Shown here in pieces: positions 36,220 to 45,825 of a DNA stretch of 64,000 bases. The translations under genes were made by a program, and so were the position numbers. Position 1 is the stretch's first letter; every line of letters begins with the position of its first letter. The stretch is from Maricaulis sp. (GTDB lineage: Bacteria; Pseudomonadota; Alphaproteobacteria; Caulobacterales; Maricaulaceae), in the NCBI GenBank assembly GCA_002692855.1, contig NZMJ01000046.1, positions 45,838 through 109,837 on the forward strand, written 5' to 3'. Under the pieces are notes generated by a model that saw only the letters and a list, made by a program, of their open reading frames with translations, ran no database searches and was not told where the DNA came from.

Positions 36220-37808
36220 TGACCTTGCGGAGGCGCGCGCTCGCTTCGCCTCCGCTTACAGTAGTACTGGCTGTTGCAGCAGCGGGAGTGGCCACACTCC
36301 CGCTGCTCGCGGTTTTCGTGCTGGCGCTAACGGGCACGGGCGCGGACGGGTATCTGCGCCACCTCGCCTCGACCCGCCTGCCGGACTATCTGGCGAACAC
36401 CGCGCTCGTCCTTGCCGCCTCTGCGATGGGTGCCGCCCTGATCGGCACCGGGCTCGGCTGGCTGATTGCTCGGACCCAGTTTCCCGGTCGCGGATTGTTT
36501 GAATGGGCGCTGGCCTTGCCGCTCGCGATACCCGCCTACATCGCCGCCTATGGCTGGCTGGATCTGACACTGGCCGCCGGACCGCTCGGCGCTTTACCCG
36601 CCGTTCGCGGCTGGTGGGGGGCGGGTCTGATCTTCTCCATCACGCTCTATCCTTACGTTTACCTGCTCGCGAGAGACGCTTTCCTGCGCCAGCCCCCTCA
36701 CCTGGAGGAAGCCGCGCTGGCCCTTGGACGGTCGCGCCGATCCGTTTTCCTGACCATAGCCCTTCCCGCAGCGCGCCCGGCGATTGCAGCCGGACTGGCC
36801 CTCGTCGCAATGGAAGCATTGGCGGATTACGGCGCCGTGATCCATCTCGGCGCACCGACCCTGACCGTTGGTGTCCTGCGGGCCTGGTCTGGGGCCGGAT
36901 CACTGGCAGACGCGGCGCGCCTTGCCGTGATGATCATTGCAATTGCCCTGTTGTTGACGTCGCTGGAGCGCGCGGGGCGGTCCCGCGCGCGCGCAGGCAC
37001 CCAGCGCGGCACGCATCCGCGCTACGCTCTCGGATGGTTTCACGCCGTGCTGGCCCTGCTGGCCTGTCTGACTCCGCTGGTGCTGGCACTTGGCGCACCG
37101 CTGGCGCGACTGGCCTGGCATGCGCTGCATTCCGAACCCGCTCAAAATGTATGGCAGTCCGCCCTCAATTCCGTATCGCTTGCCAGCGTGACGGCGTGCC
37201 TCGCGGCCCTGTTCGGTCTGGCGAGTGCCTATGCCCTGCGCTCCGGCGGCCGATTGTCCGCCCTGCCTGTTCGCGCTGCGATGCTCGGATATGCCGCGCC
37301 GGGCGCTGTTGCGGCGGTCGGCGTCTTGGTCGTCCTGGGAGTGGCACAGTCTTGGCTCGATTCAGCCGCTGGGGGCCTTTTCCCGGTCCTGCTGACCGGC
37401 ACGCTGGTGGCGGTCATTTTCGCTTATCTGTCCCGCTTTGCCGCCGCCGCGATCGGGCCTTGCGAAGCCGCCCTTGGCCGTATTGCCCCGTCTCTCGATG
37501 AAGCATCACGGCTGGCCGGGGCTGGCGGTTTGCGCCGCTTCGTGCAAATCCATTGGCCGCTGGCGTCGGGCGGCATACTGGCCGCAGCGCTGATCGTGTT
37601 TGTCGAGGTCCTGAAGGAACTGCCCGCCACCATGATTCTGCGGCCATTCAACTTCGATACCCTGGCAGTCGTCGCCCACAATTACGCGTCGGACGAACGC
37701 TTGGGGCAAAGCGCGCTTCCCGCGCTCGCCCTCGTCGCACTTGCCCTGCCCGCCATGGCCGTTGTCGCCCGGCAGGCCGTCTCACCGCGCCGGATCGAGT
37801 TGCGATGA
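36219..37808 (+). CDS. Fe(3+) ABC transporter permease
   Basis: LPLAIPAY, YPYVYLLAR, LPAARPAI, KELPATMILRPFNFDTLA. Confidence 0.9.
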   Translation: MTLRRRALASPPLTVVLAVAAAGVATLPLLAVFVLALTGTGADGYLRHLASTRLPDYLANTALVLAASAMGAALIGTGLGWLIARTQFPGRGLFEWALALPLAIPAYIAAYGWLDLTLAAGPLGALPAVRGWWGAGLIFSITLYPYVYLLARDAFLRQPPHLEEAALALGRSRRSVFLTIALPAARPAIAAGLALVAMEALADYGAVIHLGAPTLTVGVLRAWSGAGSLADAARLAVMIIAIALLLTSLERAGRSRARAGTQRGTHPRYALGWFHAVLALLACLTPLVLALGAPLARLAWHALHSEPAQNVWQSALNSVSLASVTACLAALFGLASAYALRSGGRLSALPVRAAMLGYAAPGAVAAVGVLVVLGVAQSWLDSAAGGLFPVLLTGTLVAVIFAYLSRFAAAAIGPCEAALGRIAPSLDEASRLAGAGGLRRFVQIHWPLASGGILAAALIVFVEVLKELPATMILRPFNFDTLAVVAHNYASDERLGQSALPALALVALALPAMAVVARQAVSPRRIELR

Positions 37809-38830
37809 CCCAGCCCGTACTGACGGTTCGCGGCGCGCGATTCTTCCGGGGTCAGCGCGAAATCCTGCAAGGCATCGACCTGAAGCTGGCCGAAGGCGGG
37901 ATCGCCGCCCTGCTCGGCCCGTCGGGCAGCGGAAAGACCACGCTGCTGCGCGCCATCGCCGGGCTGGAGCGTCTCGATGGCGGCGAGATCAGCGGTCCAG
38001 CCGGTCAACTCGACGCCCGGAACATCTGGACGCCCCCCAATCGCCGCGGCTTTGGCCTCGTCTTCCAGGATGGCGCCCTCTTTCCGCACATGACGGCGCT
38101 GAGGAATGTCGCCTTCGGTCTCGACGGCCTGAAGCCGCCCCAGCGCCACAACGAAGCGATGATCTGGCTCGACCGGGTCGGCCTGGCAGATCGCGCTGCG
38201 GCCTTTCCGCACGAATTGTCCGGCGGTGAGCAACAACGCGTTGCGCTCGCCCGCGCCCTGGCTCCCCGTCCAAAACTGATCCTGCTGGATGAACCCTTCT
38301 CCAGCCTCGACCGGGCGCTGCGCGACGAGTTGCGCCAGAGCACGGCCCAGCTTCTGGCCGCGTCCGGCACGTCGGCCCTTCTGGTGACGCATGATGCGGA
38401 AGAGGCGATGGACATGGCGTCCCACATCGTCCTGATGCAGGACGGACAGATTCTGCAGGCGGGCACGCCGGAAACACTCTATGCCCGCCCTTCATCGCGC
38501 GCTGCTGCCCGCCTCCTGGGTCCGGCCAATGTCTGGACCGGCCAGGTCAAGGCCGCGACGCTCGACACCCCTGTCGGCCGGTTTGACGCCCCGGGTTTCG
38601 CGGACGGTGACACCGCGCACCTTGTCCTTCGCCCCCAACATGCCCGTGTGACCGCTGAAGACACCTTCGTCGTCGTCCGTCACACATTCCGGGGCAATGC
38701 CGCCGACCTGGTCATGATCGCGCCTGACGGCAGCGAGTGGCGCGCAACGATGGCGCCCGGAAGCCTCCCGGAAAGCAAAAGGGCCGGCCTGACGGCCAGC
38801 CCTTCAGATGCGGTGATTGTCGCGAGCTGA
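37805..38830 (+). CDS. Fe(3+) ABC transporter ATP-binding protein
   Basis: GPSGSGKT, LSGGEQQRVALARA, LLDEPFS, VTHD. Confidence 0.9.
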   Translation: MTQPVLTVRGARFFRGQREILQGIDLKLAEGGIAALLGPSGSGKTTLLRAIAGLERLDGGEISGPAGQLDARNIWTPPNRRGFGLVFQDGALFPHMTALRNVAFGLDGLKPPQRHNEAMIWLDRVGLADRAAAFPHELSGGEQQRVALARALAPRPKLILLDEPFSSLDRALRDELRQSTAQLLAASGTSALLVTHDAEEAMDMASHIVLMQDGQILQAGTPETLYARPSSRAAARLLGPANVWTGQVKAATLDTPVGRFDAPGFADGDTAHLVLRPQHARVTAEDTFVVVRHTFRGNAADLVMIAPDGSEWRATMAPGSLPESKRAGLTASPSDAVIVAS

Positions 38831-38833
38831 CCG

Positions 38834-39895
38834 TCAGGCGGCCTTGGCAGCCTGAGCGTCCTCGATACGGGCGCGTGCCATCTCGTCGGCGATGACGTTG
38901 GACGGACGGCCCTCGGATTCGGCGCGGTCGAGAATCTCTCCCAGCGTGCTTTCCAGACCGTCGAGCTTGCCCTGCACCCAGGCCGGATTGAAGTCGCCCT
39001 GGATCTCGCCCATTACGTTGATGATACCGCCCGCATTGATGACATAGTCGGGGGCGTACAGGATGCCGCGCTGTTGCAGCTGGCCGCCCATGTCGCGGGT
39101 CGCGAGCTGGTTGTTGGCGGCGCCGGCCACGATACGAACCTTCAGGCGTTCAATCGTGTCGGCATTGATCACCGAGCCCAGCGCGCACGGCGCGAACACG
39201 TCGGCTTCCTGATCGTAGATCGCGTCCTTGTCGACGACCTTGGCTCCGTACTTTTCCGCCAGCTCGGCAAGCACTTGCTCGTTGATGTCGGTGATGACGA
39301 GTTCGGCGCCCGCCTTGGCGAGGTGACCGATCAGGTACTGGCCGACGTGGCCGCAGGCGCCCTGAACGGCGACGCGCACGCCCTGGAGGTCGCTCATGCC
39401 TGCGCGCTTCACGCACGCCCGGATGCCACGGAACACGCCTTCAGCCGTCACCGGCGAAGGGTCGCCGGAGGCCGCCTTGCCTTCGGGAAGACCGGTAACC
39501 CACTCGGTCTCCTTGCGGACGAACACCATGTCGGACGGGCTGACGCCGACATCTTCGGCCGTGATGTAGTTGCCGTTGAGCGCCTGGATGGCACGGCCGA
39601 AGGCACGGAACAGCGCCTCGCGGTCAAAGTCGCCATCGGGCTTCATGATCACGCTCTTGCCACCGCCGATCGGCAGGTCGGCCATCACGTTCTTGTAGCT
39701 CATGCCTTGCGACAGGCGCAGCGCGTCATTGAGCGCCGCTGCCGAGTCTTCGTAGCGCCACATGCGGCATCCGCCGACAGCCGGGCCGCGTGCGGTCGAG
39801 TGCACGCCGATGATGGCTTTCAGGCCGGTCTTCTCGTCGGTCGCGAAAAGGACCTTCTCGTGATTGTCAAAGGACGGATGTTCGAAAACGCTCAT
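38834..39895 (-). CDS. Leu/Phe/Val dehydrogenase
   Basis: GPAVGGCR, GMSYKN, GGGKSVI, TAEDVG, GAANNQL, YAPDYVINAGG. Confidence 0.92.
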   Translation of the reverse strand: MSVFEHPSFDNHEKVLFATDEKTGLKAIIGVHSTARGPAVGGCRMWRYEDSAAALNDALRLSQGMSYKNVMADLPIGGGKSVIMKPDGDFDREALFRAFGRAIQALNGNYITAEDVGVSPSDMVFVRKETEWVTGLPEGKAASGDPSPVTAEGVFRGIRACVKRAGMSDLQGVRVAVQGACGHVGQYLIGHLAKAGAELVITDINEQVLAELAEKYGAKVVDKDAIYDQEADVFAPCALGSVINADTIERLKVRIVAGAANNQLATRDMGGQLQQRGILYAPDYVINAGGIINVMGEIQGDFNPAWVQGKLDGLESTLGEILDRAESEGRPSNVIADEMARARIEDAQAAKAA

Positions 39896-39999
39896 GTGGC
39901 GATCCTTGAATGGGACGCAAATAATTCCGCCCCGTACAGGAGGCGGCGTTGGCGGCGCGGGGATAGACCGTCAAGCCGCTTTGCACAAGAACACCGCAC

Positions 40000-40593
40000 C
40001 TAGCGTTGAAGCAGTTTCTGCATGCGGCACCGCAGCATGGGAAGTACCTCGTTTTCGAACCAGGGATGTTTCTTCAGCCATACATTGTTGCGCCATGACG
40101 GATGCGGCAGCGGCAGCATGTCCGGCAGGTAGTCGCGCCAGTGCCGTACGGTCTCGGTCAGTGTCGGGTAAGCTCGCTTGCCGAGATGAAATTGCTGCGC
40201 ATGCCGGCCGACCAGCAGGGTCAGTTCGACATTGGGAAACCTGGCTGTCACCTCGTTCTGCCACAGGGGTGCACAACGGCGATCCGGCGGCTTGTCGCCC
40301 CCCTTGGCATCGAGTCCGGGAAAGCAGAAACCCATCGGCGTGATGGCGATGCGGTGCTCGTCGTAGAATGTCGCTTCATCGACGCCCAGCCAGTCGCGCA
40401 AGCGGTCGCCCGAGGGATCGGTGAACGGCATACCCGACGCATGAACGCGCGTTCCGGGCGCCTGGCCGACAATGCGCACCTTCGCACTTGCAGCACCACG
40501 AATGACGGGGCGCGGCTCCAGCCGGTCGGCGCAAACCCGGCAGGCACGGATTCGCGCGAAGAGATCTTCGAGCGGGTCCGCGCCGGCCGTCAT
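40000..40593 (-). CDS. Uracil-DNA glycosylase family protein
   Basis: CRVC, VGQAPG, PSGDRLR, GFCFPG, LPHPSWRN. Confidence 0.9.
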   Translation of the reverse strand: MTAGADPLEDLFARIRACRVCADRLEPRPVIRGAASAKVRIVGQAPGTRVHASGMPFTDPSGDRLRDWLGVDEATFYDEHRIAITPMGFCFPGLDAKGGDKPPDRRCAPLWQNEVTARFPNVELTLLVGRHAQQFHLGKRAYPTLTETVRHWRDYLPDMLPLPHPSWRNNVWLKKHPWFENEVLPMLRCRMQKLLQR

Positions 40594-40844
40594 CCCGCTT
40601 TTACAGGCAGGGTCAGCCGATAAACGCCCTTGAAATCCTCCGGGTCGACGGGCTTTCCCTTGCGCAGGATCGTGATCTTGCCGGCAGCGGCCATGCGGAT
40701 CGCGACGGCCCGCACGGGGCGCAGGTGCTGGTTCCAGTTGTCCGGCTCGAGGTCTTTGGCGACTTCCGCAGGATCAACTGATTTTCCCGCACCGCGTTTT
40801 TCAACGAGGCGCAGAATCGAGGCTTCGATGGTTTCTGGGCTCAT
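40590..40844 (-). CDS. DUF3253 family protein
   Basis: RGAGKSVDPAEVA...ILRKGKPVDP.DFKGVYRL. Confidence 0.85.
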   Translation of the reverse strand: MSPETIEASILRLVEKRGAGKSVDPAEVAKDLEPDNWNQHLRPVRAVAIRMAAAGKITILRKGKPVDPEDFKGVYRLTLPVKAG

Positions 40845-40872
40845 GCTACCCGTCTAGCGCGGGAGGACGGAA

Positions 40873-41595
40873 ATGCGAAGAGACCATCGCCCTTACTGGA
40901 TGCACCAGGCTTGGGAGCGTTACGAGAATGCATGGGCGCGCCACTTCCTGCATCCGCATTTCGAGCGCATTGGGCCGGCCGCCAAGATTGTCCGCCCCTG
41001 GCATGTCGAAGTGTTCGGGCCAAACATCTCGGCCGGGACATCGCTCCACGTCATTGCCAGCCGGGATTCGGTCGTCCGCTTGACGGTCTGGGCCCCGCAC
41101 GACCGCGAAGCGGCCATCGAGATCGGTGATGCCTGCCTGTTCTCCGGGGGCACGCGCATTCTGGCGGCCAAGCGGGTGACGATTGGCCACGCCTGCATGT
41201 TCGCTGCAAATACCACGGTTACCGACAGCGACTGGCACAGCCTCTACGACCGTATCGATCCGGCTCCGGAAGGCCGGCCGATCACCATCGGCAACAATGT
41301 CTGGGTCGGCGATGGCGCCTTCATCGGCAAGGGCGTGACCATCGGCGATCACGCGGTCATCGGCGCGCGTGCTGTCGTCACGAAGGATGTGCCAGCCCAT
41401 GCGGTGGTCGCGGGCGTCCCGGCCCAGATCGTCAAGACTCTCGATCCCGGCGCGCCGATGCGGACGCGCCTCGATCAGCTTGGCGATGTGCGCTCGCTCA
41501 CCCGCTTCATGGACGCGGCCTACCGGGAGTCTCTGAAACGTAATTCGACGCTTGGCTGGCTGCGCTCGCGCTTTTTCCCGCGTCGGGGCGACTGA
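40873..41595 (+). CDS. Hexapeptide-repeat (LbH) acyltransferase
   Basis: TDSDWH, ITIGNNVWVG, GVTIGDHAVIGARAVVTKDVP, VAGVPA. Confidence 0.88.
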   Translation: MRRDHRPYWMHQAWERYENAWARHFLHPHFERIGPAAKIVRPWHVEVFGPNISAGTSLHVIASRDSVVRLTVWAPHDREAAIEIGDACLFSGGTRILAAKRVTIGHACMFAANTTVTDSDWHSLYDRIDPAPEGRPITIGNNVWVGDGAFIGKGVTIGDHAVIGARAVVTKDVPAHAVVAGVPAQIVKTLDPGAPMRTRLDQLGDVRSLTRFMDAAYRESLKRNSTLGWLRSRFFPRRGD

Positions 41596-41597
41596 CG

Positions 41598-41783
41598 ATG
41601 TGGAGCCCCTGCATCAAGGTGTGCTTCGTCGATCCCGACCGGCAGCTATGCGTGGGTTGTTTCCGCACGCTTGAGGAACTTGCGCGCTGGACCCATTATT
41701 CGGATGCCGAGCGCGAAGCCATCGGCACGAAACTGTCGAAGCGGCGCGATACCTATCGCGCGGCCAAGGAGGGGCGGCGGTGA
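41598..41783 (+). CDS. DUF1289 family protein
   Basis: SPCIKVC...CVGCFRTLEELARW. Confidence 0.88.
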   Translation: MWSPCIKVCFVDPDRQLCVGCFRTLEELARWTHYSDAEREAIGTKLSKRRDTYRAAKEGRR

Positions 41784-42046
41784 TGCGGAGCTATTTGCTG
41801 ATCGCGGCAGCGGGCGCACTGACCGCGTTGATTGTTATCATTCTCATTCCCGCTGCGGGAAACCTCCTGCCCGCTCAGGTCCAGCCGGAACGCGCGCTTT
41901 ACCTGGGCTTGCTGCTGGCTTTCTTGCTGACCGCGAACATGGACATCGTCCGGCGCAATATCGGCCAGTCGATCGGCTACATCGCTATTTGGGTAGCCCT
42001 GATCTTGGCAGGCATGTTCGTCCTGCGGATGTTCGGCTTCAGCTAG
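41780..42046 (+). CDS. Small membrane protein resembling the N-terminal anchor of TIGR02281 aspartic proteases
   Basis: Three hydrophobic helices, RRNIGQSIGYIAIW; directly after DUF1289; no DTG motif. Confidence 0.5.
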   Translation: MMRSYLLIAAAGALTALIVIILIPAAGNLLPAQVQPERALYLGLLLAFLLTANMDIVRRNIGQSIGYIAIWVALILAGMFVLRMFGFS

Positions 42047-42867
42047 CCGACGATCGCCTCGCGGATCAGCGAAATCGCAGTGAGGGCCAGCCCGACGGCA
42101 AACATCCGCTTGAGCGTCGCCGCCGGTAATTTGTGCGCCAGACCGGCTCCGACCGGCGCGAGGAAGAATGCCGAAACGGCGAGAATGGCAAAGCCCAGCA
42201 TGTTCACGTAACCGAGCGAGAGCGGCGGTCGTCCAGCTTCGCTCCATCCCCACACGATGAAGCCCAGCGCTCCCGGCAGTCCGATGGCAATCCCAAAGCC
42301 GGCCGCGGTGCCTACGGCCTTGTGAATGCTGCGTCCGCAGAGCGTCATCAGTGTCACGCCGAACACACCGCCGCCAATGCCCATCAGCGAAGACAGCAAA
42401 CCGATCAGACCGCCGAGACCGGCATGCGCCGCGCCTCCCGGCATCTCGTCCGCCAGTTTCCAGTCCGGGCGTCCGAAGACGAACTGCGCCGAGAGAAGCA
42501 ATGCGGTGACACCGAACAGGGCTGTCAGCGCGCGGCCCGGTACAAGGTCGGCAATCAGGCTGCCGGTCAGGGCACCCGCAACGATCCACGGTATCCAGGT
42601 TCGAAGGACCTGACCGTCCACTGCGCCGCGCTTGGCGTGTGACGTCACGGACCGCAGCGAGGTCGCGACGATCACGGCGAGTGAGGTGCCAACGGCTACC
42701 TGCATGCGGGGGCCGTCGTCATAGCCCAGCAGGCCAAAGGCGAAGTAGAGCGCGGGAACCATCACCACCCCGCCGCCAATCCCGAACAGACCGGCAATCA
42801 GCCCGGCGAACGCCCCCGTCACGGCCAGTCCGGCAGCGAGCCAAATGAGGTCGGGGGTCAGCGTCAC
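42043..42867 (-). CDS. TauE/SafE family sulfite exporter
   Basis: AGLFGIGGGVVMVP, AVGTSLA, SSLMGIGGG. Confidence 0.9.
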   Translation of the reverse strand: MTLTPDLIWLAAGLAVTGAFAGLIAGLFGIGGGVVMVPALYFAFGLLGYDDGPRMQVAVGTSLAVIVATSLRSVTSHAKRGAVDGQVLRTWIPWIVAGALTGSLIADLVPGRALTALFGVTALLLSAQFVFGRPDWKLADEMPGGAAHAGLGGLIGLLSSLMGIGGGVFGVTLMTLCGRSIHKAVGTAAGFGIAIGLPGALGFIVWGWSEAGRPPLSLGYVNMLGFAILAVSAFFLAPVGAGLAHKLPAATLKRMFAVGLALTAISLIREAIVG

Positions 42868-43850
42868 GCCGCTTCCCGTCCGCGATCCACGGCATCAAGC
42901 GCTTCGTCGATCACGTCGAGCCCCGCGCCATCGCGGTTGGCCTTTTCCGAAAGGATGCGCCGCCACTGGCGCGCACCCTTCTCGCCATGAAACAGGCCGA
43001 GCATGTGACGGGTAATCGCGTGCAACCGCGTCCCCTCACCCAGCGCGCGCTCGATATAGCCCCGATACTGCTGCACTGCGTCGAACCGGTCTGTGACGGG
43101 GCCAGCCTCGCCGAAGAAGACGCGGTCGACCTGCGCGAGTTCCCACGGCGTGTGATAGGCCGCCCGGCCCAGCATCACACCATCAAGACCGGCCATCTCG
43201 GACTTTGCATGTGCAACATTTGCCAGCCCGCCATTGAGGACGATTTCAAGTTCCGGCCGCTCGGCCTTGAGGCGTCGTACGAGCGGGTAGTCGAGCGGCG
43301 GCACGTCCCGGTTCTCCTTCGGGCTCAGCCCCTTCAGCCACGCCTTCCGGGCGTGAACCGTGAAGCTCCGGCAACCGGCTGCCGCGACCGTTTCGACAAA
43401 GCCGGGCAGGCTGTGCTGCGGATCCTGGTCATCGACACCGATCCGGCATTTGACGGTCACATCGACGTCGACAGCCTCCCTCATCGCCGACACGCATTCG
43501 GCGACGAGTTCAGGCTCCCGCATCAGACAAGCGCCGAACCGTCCCGACTGGACCCGGTCGGACGGGCAGCCGACATTCAGATTGATCTCGGCATAGCCCA
43601 TCGCCGCCCCGGTTCTGGCAGCTTCGGCCAGCTCGGCCGGGTCCGAGCCGCCCAGTTGCAGGGCGACGGGCTGTTCTGCCGGATCGAACCGCAAAAGCCG
43701 CACATGGTCGCCCCGCACCACGGCGGGCGCGGTGGCCATTTCGGTATAGAGCAAGGCGCGCCTCGTCAGCACACGGTGAAACGCCCGGCAGTGCCGATCG
43801 GTCCAGTCCATCATTGGCGCGACGGAAAATGTGCGGTCAATCCGGGTCAT
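42864..43850 (-). CDS. dusA: tRNA dihydrouridine(20/20a) synthase
   Basis: SVAPMMDWTDRHCR, QLGGS, NLNVGCPSDRVQ, HARKAWL, MLGRAAY. Confidence 0.96.
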   Translation of the reverse strand: MTRIDRTFSVAPMMDWTDRHCRAFHRVLTRRALLYTEMATAPAVVRGDHVRLLRFDPAEQPVALQLGGSDPAELAEAARTGAAMGYAEINLNVGCPSDRVQSGRFGACLMREPELVAECVSAMREAVDVDVTVKCRIGVDDQDPQHSLPGFVETVAAAGCRSFTVHARKAWLKGLSPKENRDVPPLDYPLVRRLKAERPELEIVLNGGLANVAHAKSEMAGLDGVMLGRAAYHTPWELAQVDRVFFGEAGPVTDRFDAVQQYRGYIERALGEGTRLHAITRHMLGLFHGEKGARQWRRILSEKANRDGAGLDVIDEALDAVDRGREAA

Positions 43851-43954
43851 TGCGGCCTCTTTACCCCGTCAGGCGGTTGATTGCGACACCGCCGCGAAGC
43901 GGCACATTGACGGGCCGACCCGGGGCCGCTTGCATGCCCGAAAGGGGAGGCGCA

Positions 43955-45136
43955 ATGACCACCACGCGATTCGATGTTCGCCAGAAAGCCGCCGAAGCGG
44001 GTGCGGCCTTGAACCGCGGCGACGGCGTATCGGCGCTCGCCATTTTCCGCACGATCATTGAGGCAGGCGGCGGTGACGCCAGCATCTGGTACGGAACCGC
44101 ACTGGCCGCGACGCTGGCGGGAGACCGCGCGACGCGGCACGATGCCATCACAAAAGGGCTTGAAATAGAGCCGTCCAATCCGCGCCTGCTGATCCTGAAA
44201 GCCGACGACTACGCTGAGCAGGGCAATGATCGCGCTGCGGCTTCGCACTACAACATCGTGCTGCGCATGATCCCGGAGGGTGCGCAATTGCCGCCCGACC
44301 TGGCGGCAGGCGTCGACCGGGCCCGTGAACGCTGCGCGGGATTTGCCGACGGGTATGCGAAGAAGCTGACAGACCGGCTTGCGCAAAAAGGGGCCGCGCC
44401 CTCACACGGAGATGGCCGTTTCGCGCGTTCGCTCGACGTGATGACGGGCAAGCGGCAGCTCTATTTCCAGGAACCGAAAGTCTACCATTTCCCCGAACTT
44501 CCCCAGATCCAGTTCTACGATCGGGAGATGTTTCCCTGGATGGACCGGGTCGAAGCGGCGACGGACAATATTCGCGAGGAATTGCTGGGTGTTCTGGCCG
44601 ATGACGCGGCGTTCACACCATACATCGAGGGCAGCAAGGACCGCCCCCAGCACGACGTCCACAACCTCCTGAACAACCCCGCTTGGAGCGCCTTTTACCT
44701 CTGGAAGAATGGCGAACCGGTCGCCGACCACATCGCGCGCTGCCCGAAAACCATGGCGGCTCTTGAAGGCGCACCGATCCCGAACATCCGGCATCGCTCG
44801 CCGTCCATCCTGTTCTCGCTGATGAAGCCCGGCATGCATATCCCGCCCCATAACGGCCTGGTGAACACACGGCTGATCTGCCATCTGCCGATCATCCTGC
44901 CGGATGCTTGCGAGTTTCGCGTCGGCAACGAGATCCGCAAATGGGAGCTCGGCAAGGCGTGGGCATTCGATGACACGATCAACCACGAAGCCTGGAACCG
45001 CTCGAACGAGACGCGGGTGATCCTGCTGTGGGAAATCTGGCGCCCGGAACTGACACAGCGCGAGCGTGAACAGGTCACCGCATTGTTCGAAGCCATTGAG
45101 GACGAAGACGGAAAGCGCCCGGACTGGGATATTTGA
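43955..45136 (+). CDS. TPR-containing aspartyl/asparaginyl beta-hydroxylase family dioxygenase
   Basis: Helical N-terminus; FSLMKPGMHIPPHNG, RLICHLP, FDDTINHEAWN. Confidence 0.88.
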   Translation: MTTTRFDVRQKAAEAGAALNRGDGVSALAIFRTIIEAGGGDASIWYGTALAATLAGDRATRHDAITKGLEIEPSNPRLLILKADDYAEQGNDRAAASHYNIVLRMIPEGAQLPPDLAAGVDRARERCAGFADGYAKKLTDRLAQKGAAPSHGDGRFARSLDVMTGKRQLYFQEPKVYHFPELPQIQFYDREMFPWMDRVEAATDNIREELLGVLADDAAFTPYIEGSKDRPQHDVHNLLNNPAWSAFYLWKNGEPVADHIARCPKTMAALEGAPIPNIRHRSPSILFSLMKPGMHIPPHNGLVNTRLICHLPIILPDACEFRVGNEIRKWELGKAWAFDDTINHEAWNRSNETRVILLWEIWRPELTQREREQVTALFEAIEDEDGKRPDWDI

Positions 45137-45144
45137 CGCGGCGC

Positions 45145-45160
45145 TTTACGGCGTCCTAAC
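45145..45160 (+). promoter_or_regulatory. CtrA-like box
   Basis: TTTA-cggcgtc-CTAAC about 40 nt before the 45200 start. Confidence 0.4.
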
Positions 45161-45199
45161 CCGTTTGCGCTATAGGCCTTGTGCAATCGGGAGGCGAAG

Positions 45200-45757
45200 A
45201 TGGCCAAGGCGATCTATCACAAGCACCAGCGCGTCTATGTGAAGCCGGTGGGAACCTGGGCGTTGATCGAGCAGGTCAAACCCCAATGGGTCAAGGACGT
45301 CGAGGAGCCGGTCCGCATCTATTACGATTGCGGCCTGGGCCGTGATTTCGTCACCAGCGAACTCGCCGCCGAGCAGATCGAGGCCCATGATCCTGATGGT
45401 TGGCGCATCCTGCGGGCGCGCAACAAGTGGCAGTCCGAAGCAGAGTGTGCCCACCATCCGCACCCGGGCACCTACCCCGTCGTCGTCACTGACAAGCAGA
45501 ACTGGGGTGGCTGGCGCGTTCCCGGCGCGGAATATGACCGTGACCCGAACAATATCGAATTCCAGGCGCGCCTGATTGAAAGCGCCCCCGCACTGCTGCG
45601 CCTTGCCGAGAGGTTTTCGGAATTGCCCGGCGCATCGTCCGATCTGCCCGAGGACATCCTGGCCCTGTGTTTGAAGGCGCGCGACCGCGTGATCGCAGTC
45701 CGGGCCAACGCTGACGACCCGGTTGTGCTCGACCGCCGCGCGGATTCAGCGGCTTAA
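45200..45757 (+). CDS. Conserved-looking hypothetical protein
   Basis: GGAGG RBS; YYDCGLGRDF, ECAHHPHPGTYPVVVT, WGGWRVPGAEYDRDP. Confidence 0.75.
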   Translation: MAKAIYHKHQRVYVKPVGTWALIEQVKPQWVKDVEEPVRIYYDCGLGRDFVTSELAAEQIEAHDPDGWRILRARNKWQSEAECAHHPHPGTYPVVVTDKQNWGGWRVPGAEYDRDPNNIEFQARLIESAPALLRLAERFSELPGASSDLPEDILALCLKARDRVIAVRANADDPVVLDRRADSAA

Positions 45758-45769
45758 TCGGGTTCTAAC
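45754..45769 (+). promoter_or_regulatory. CtrA-like box
   Basis: TTAA-tcgggtt-CTAAC upstream of the Cle-type receiver. Confidence 0.5.
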
Positions 45770-45825
45770 CATTCGCCCGTAATTTGACCTTTCCCTGTGC
45801 TTGAATAGCTCGAGAGAGCCTGTCC

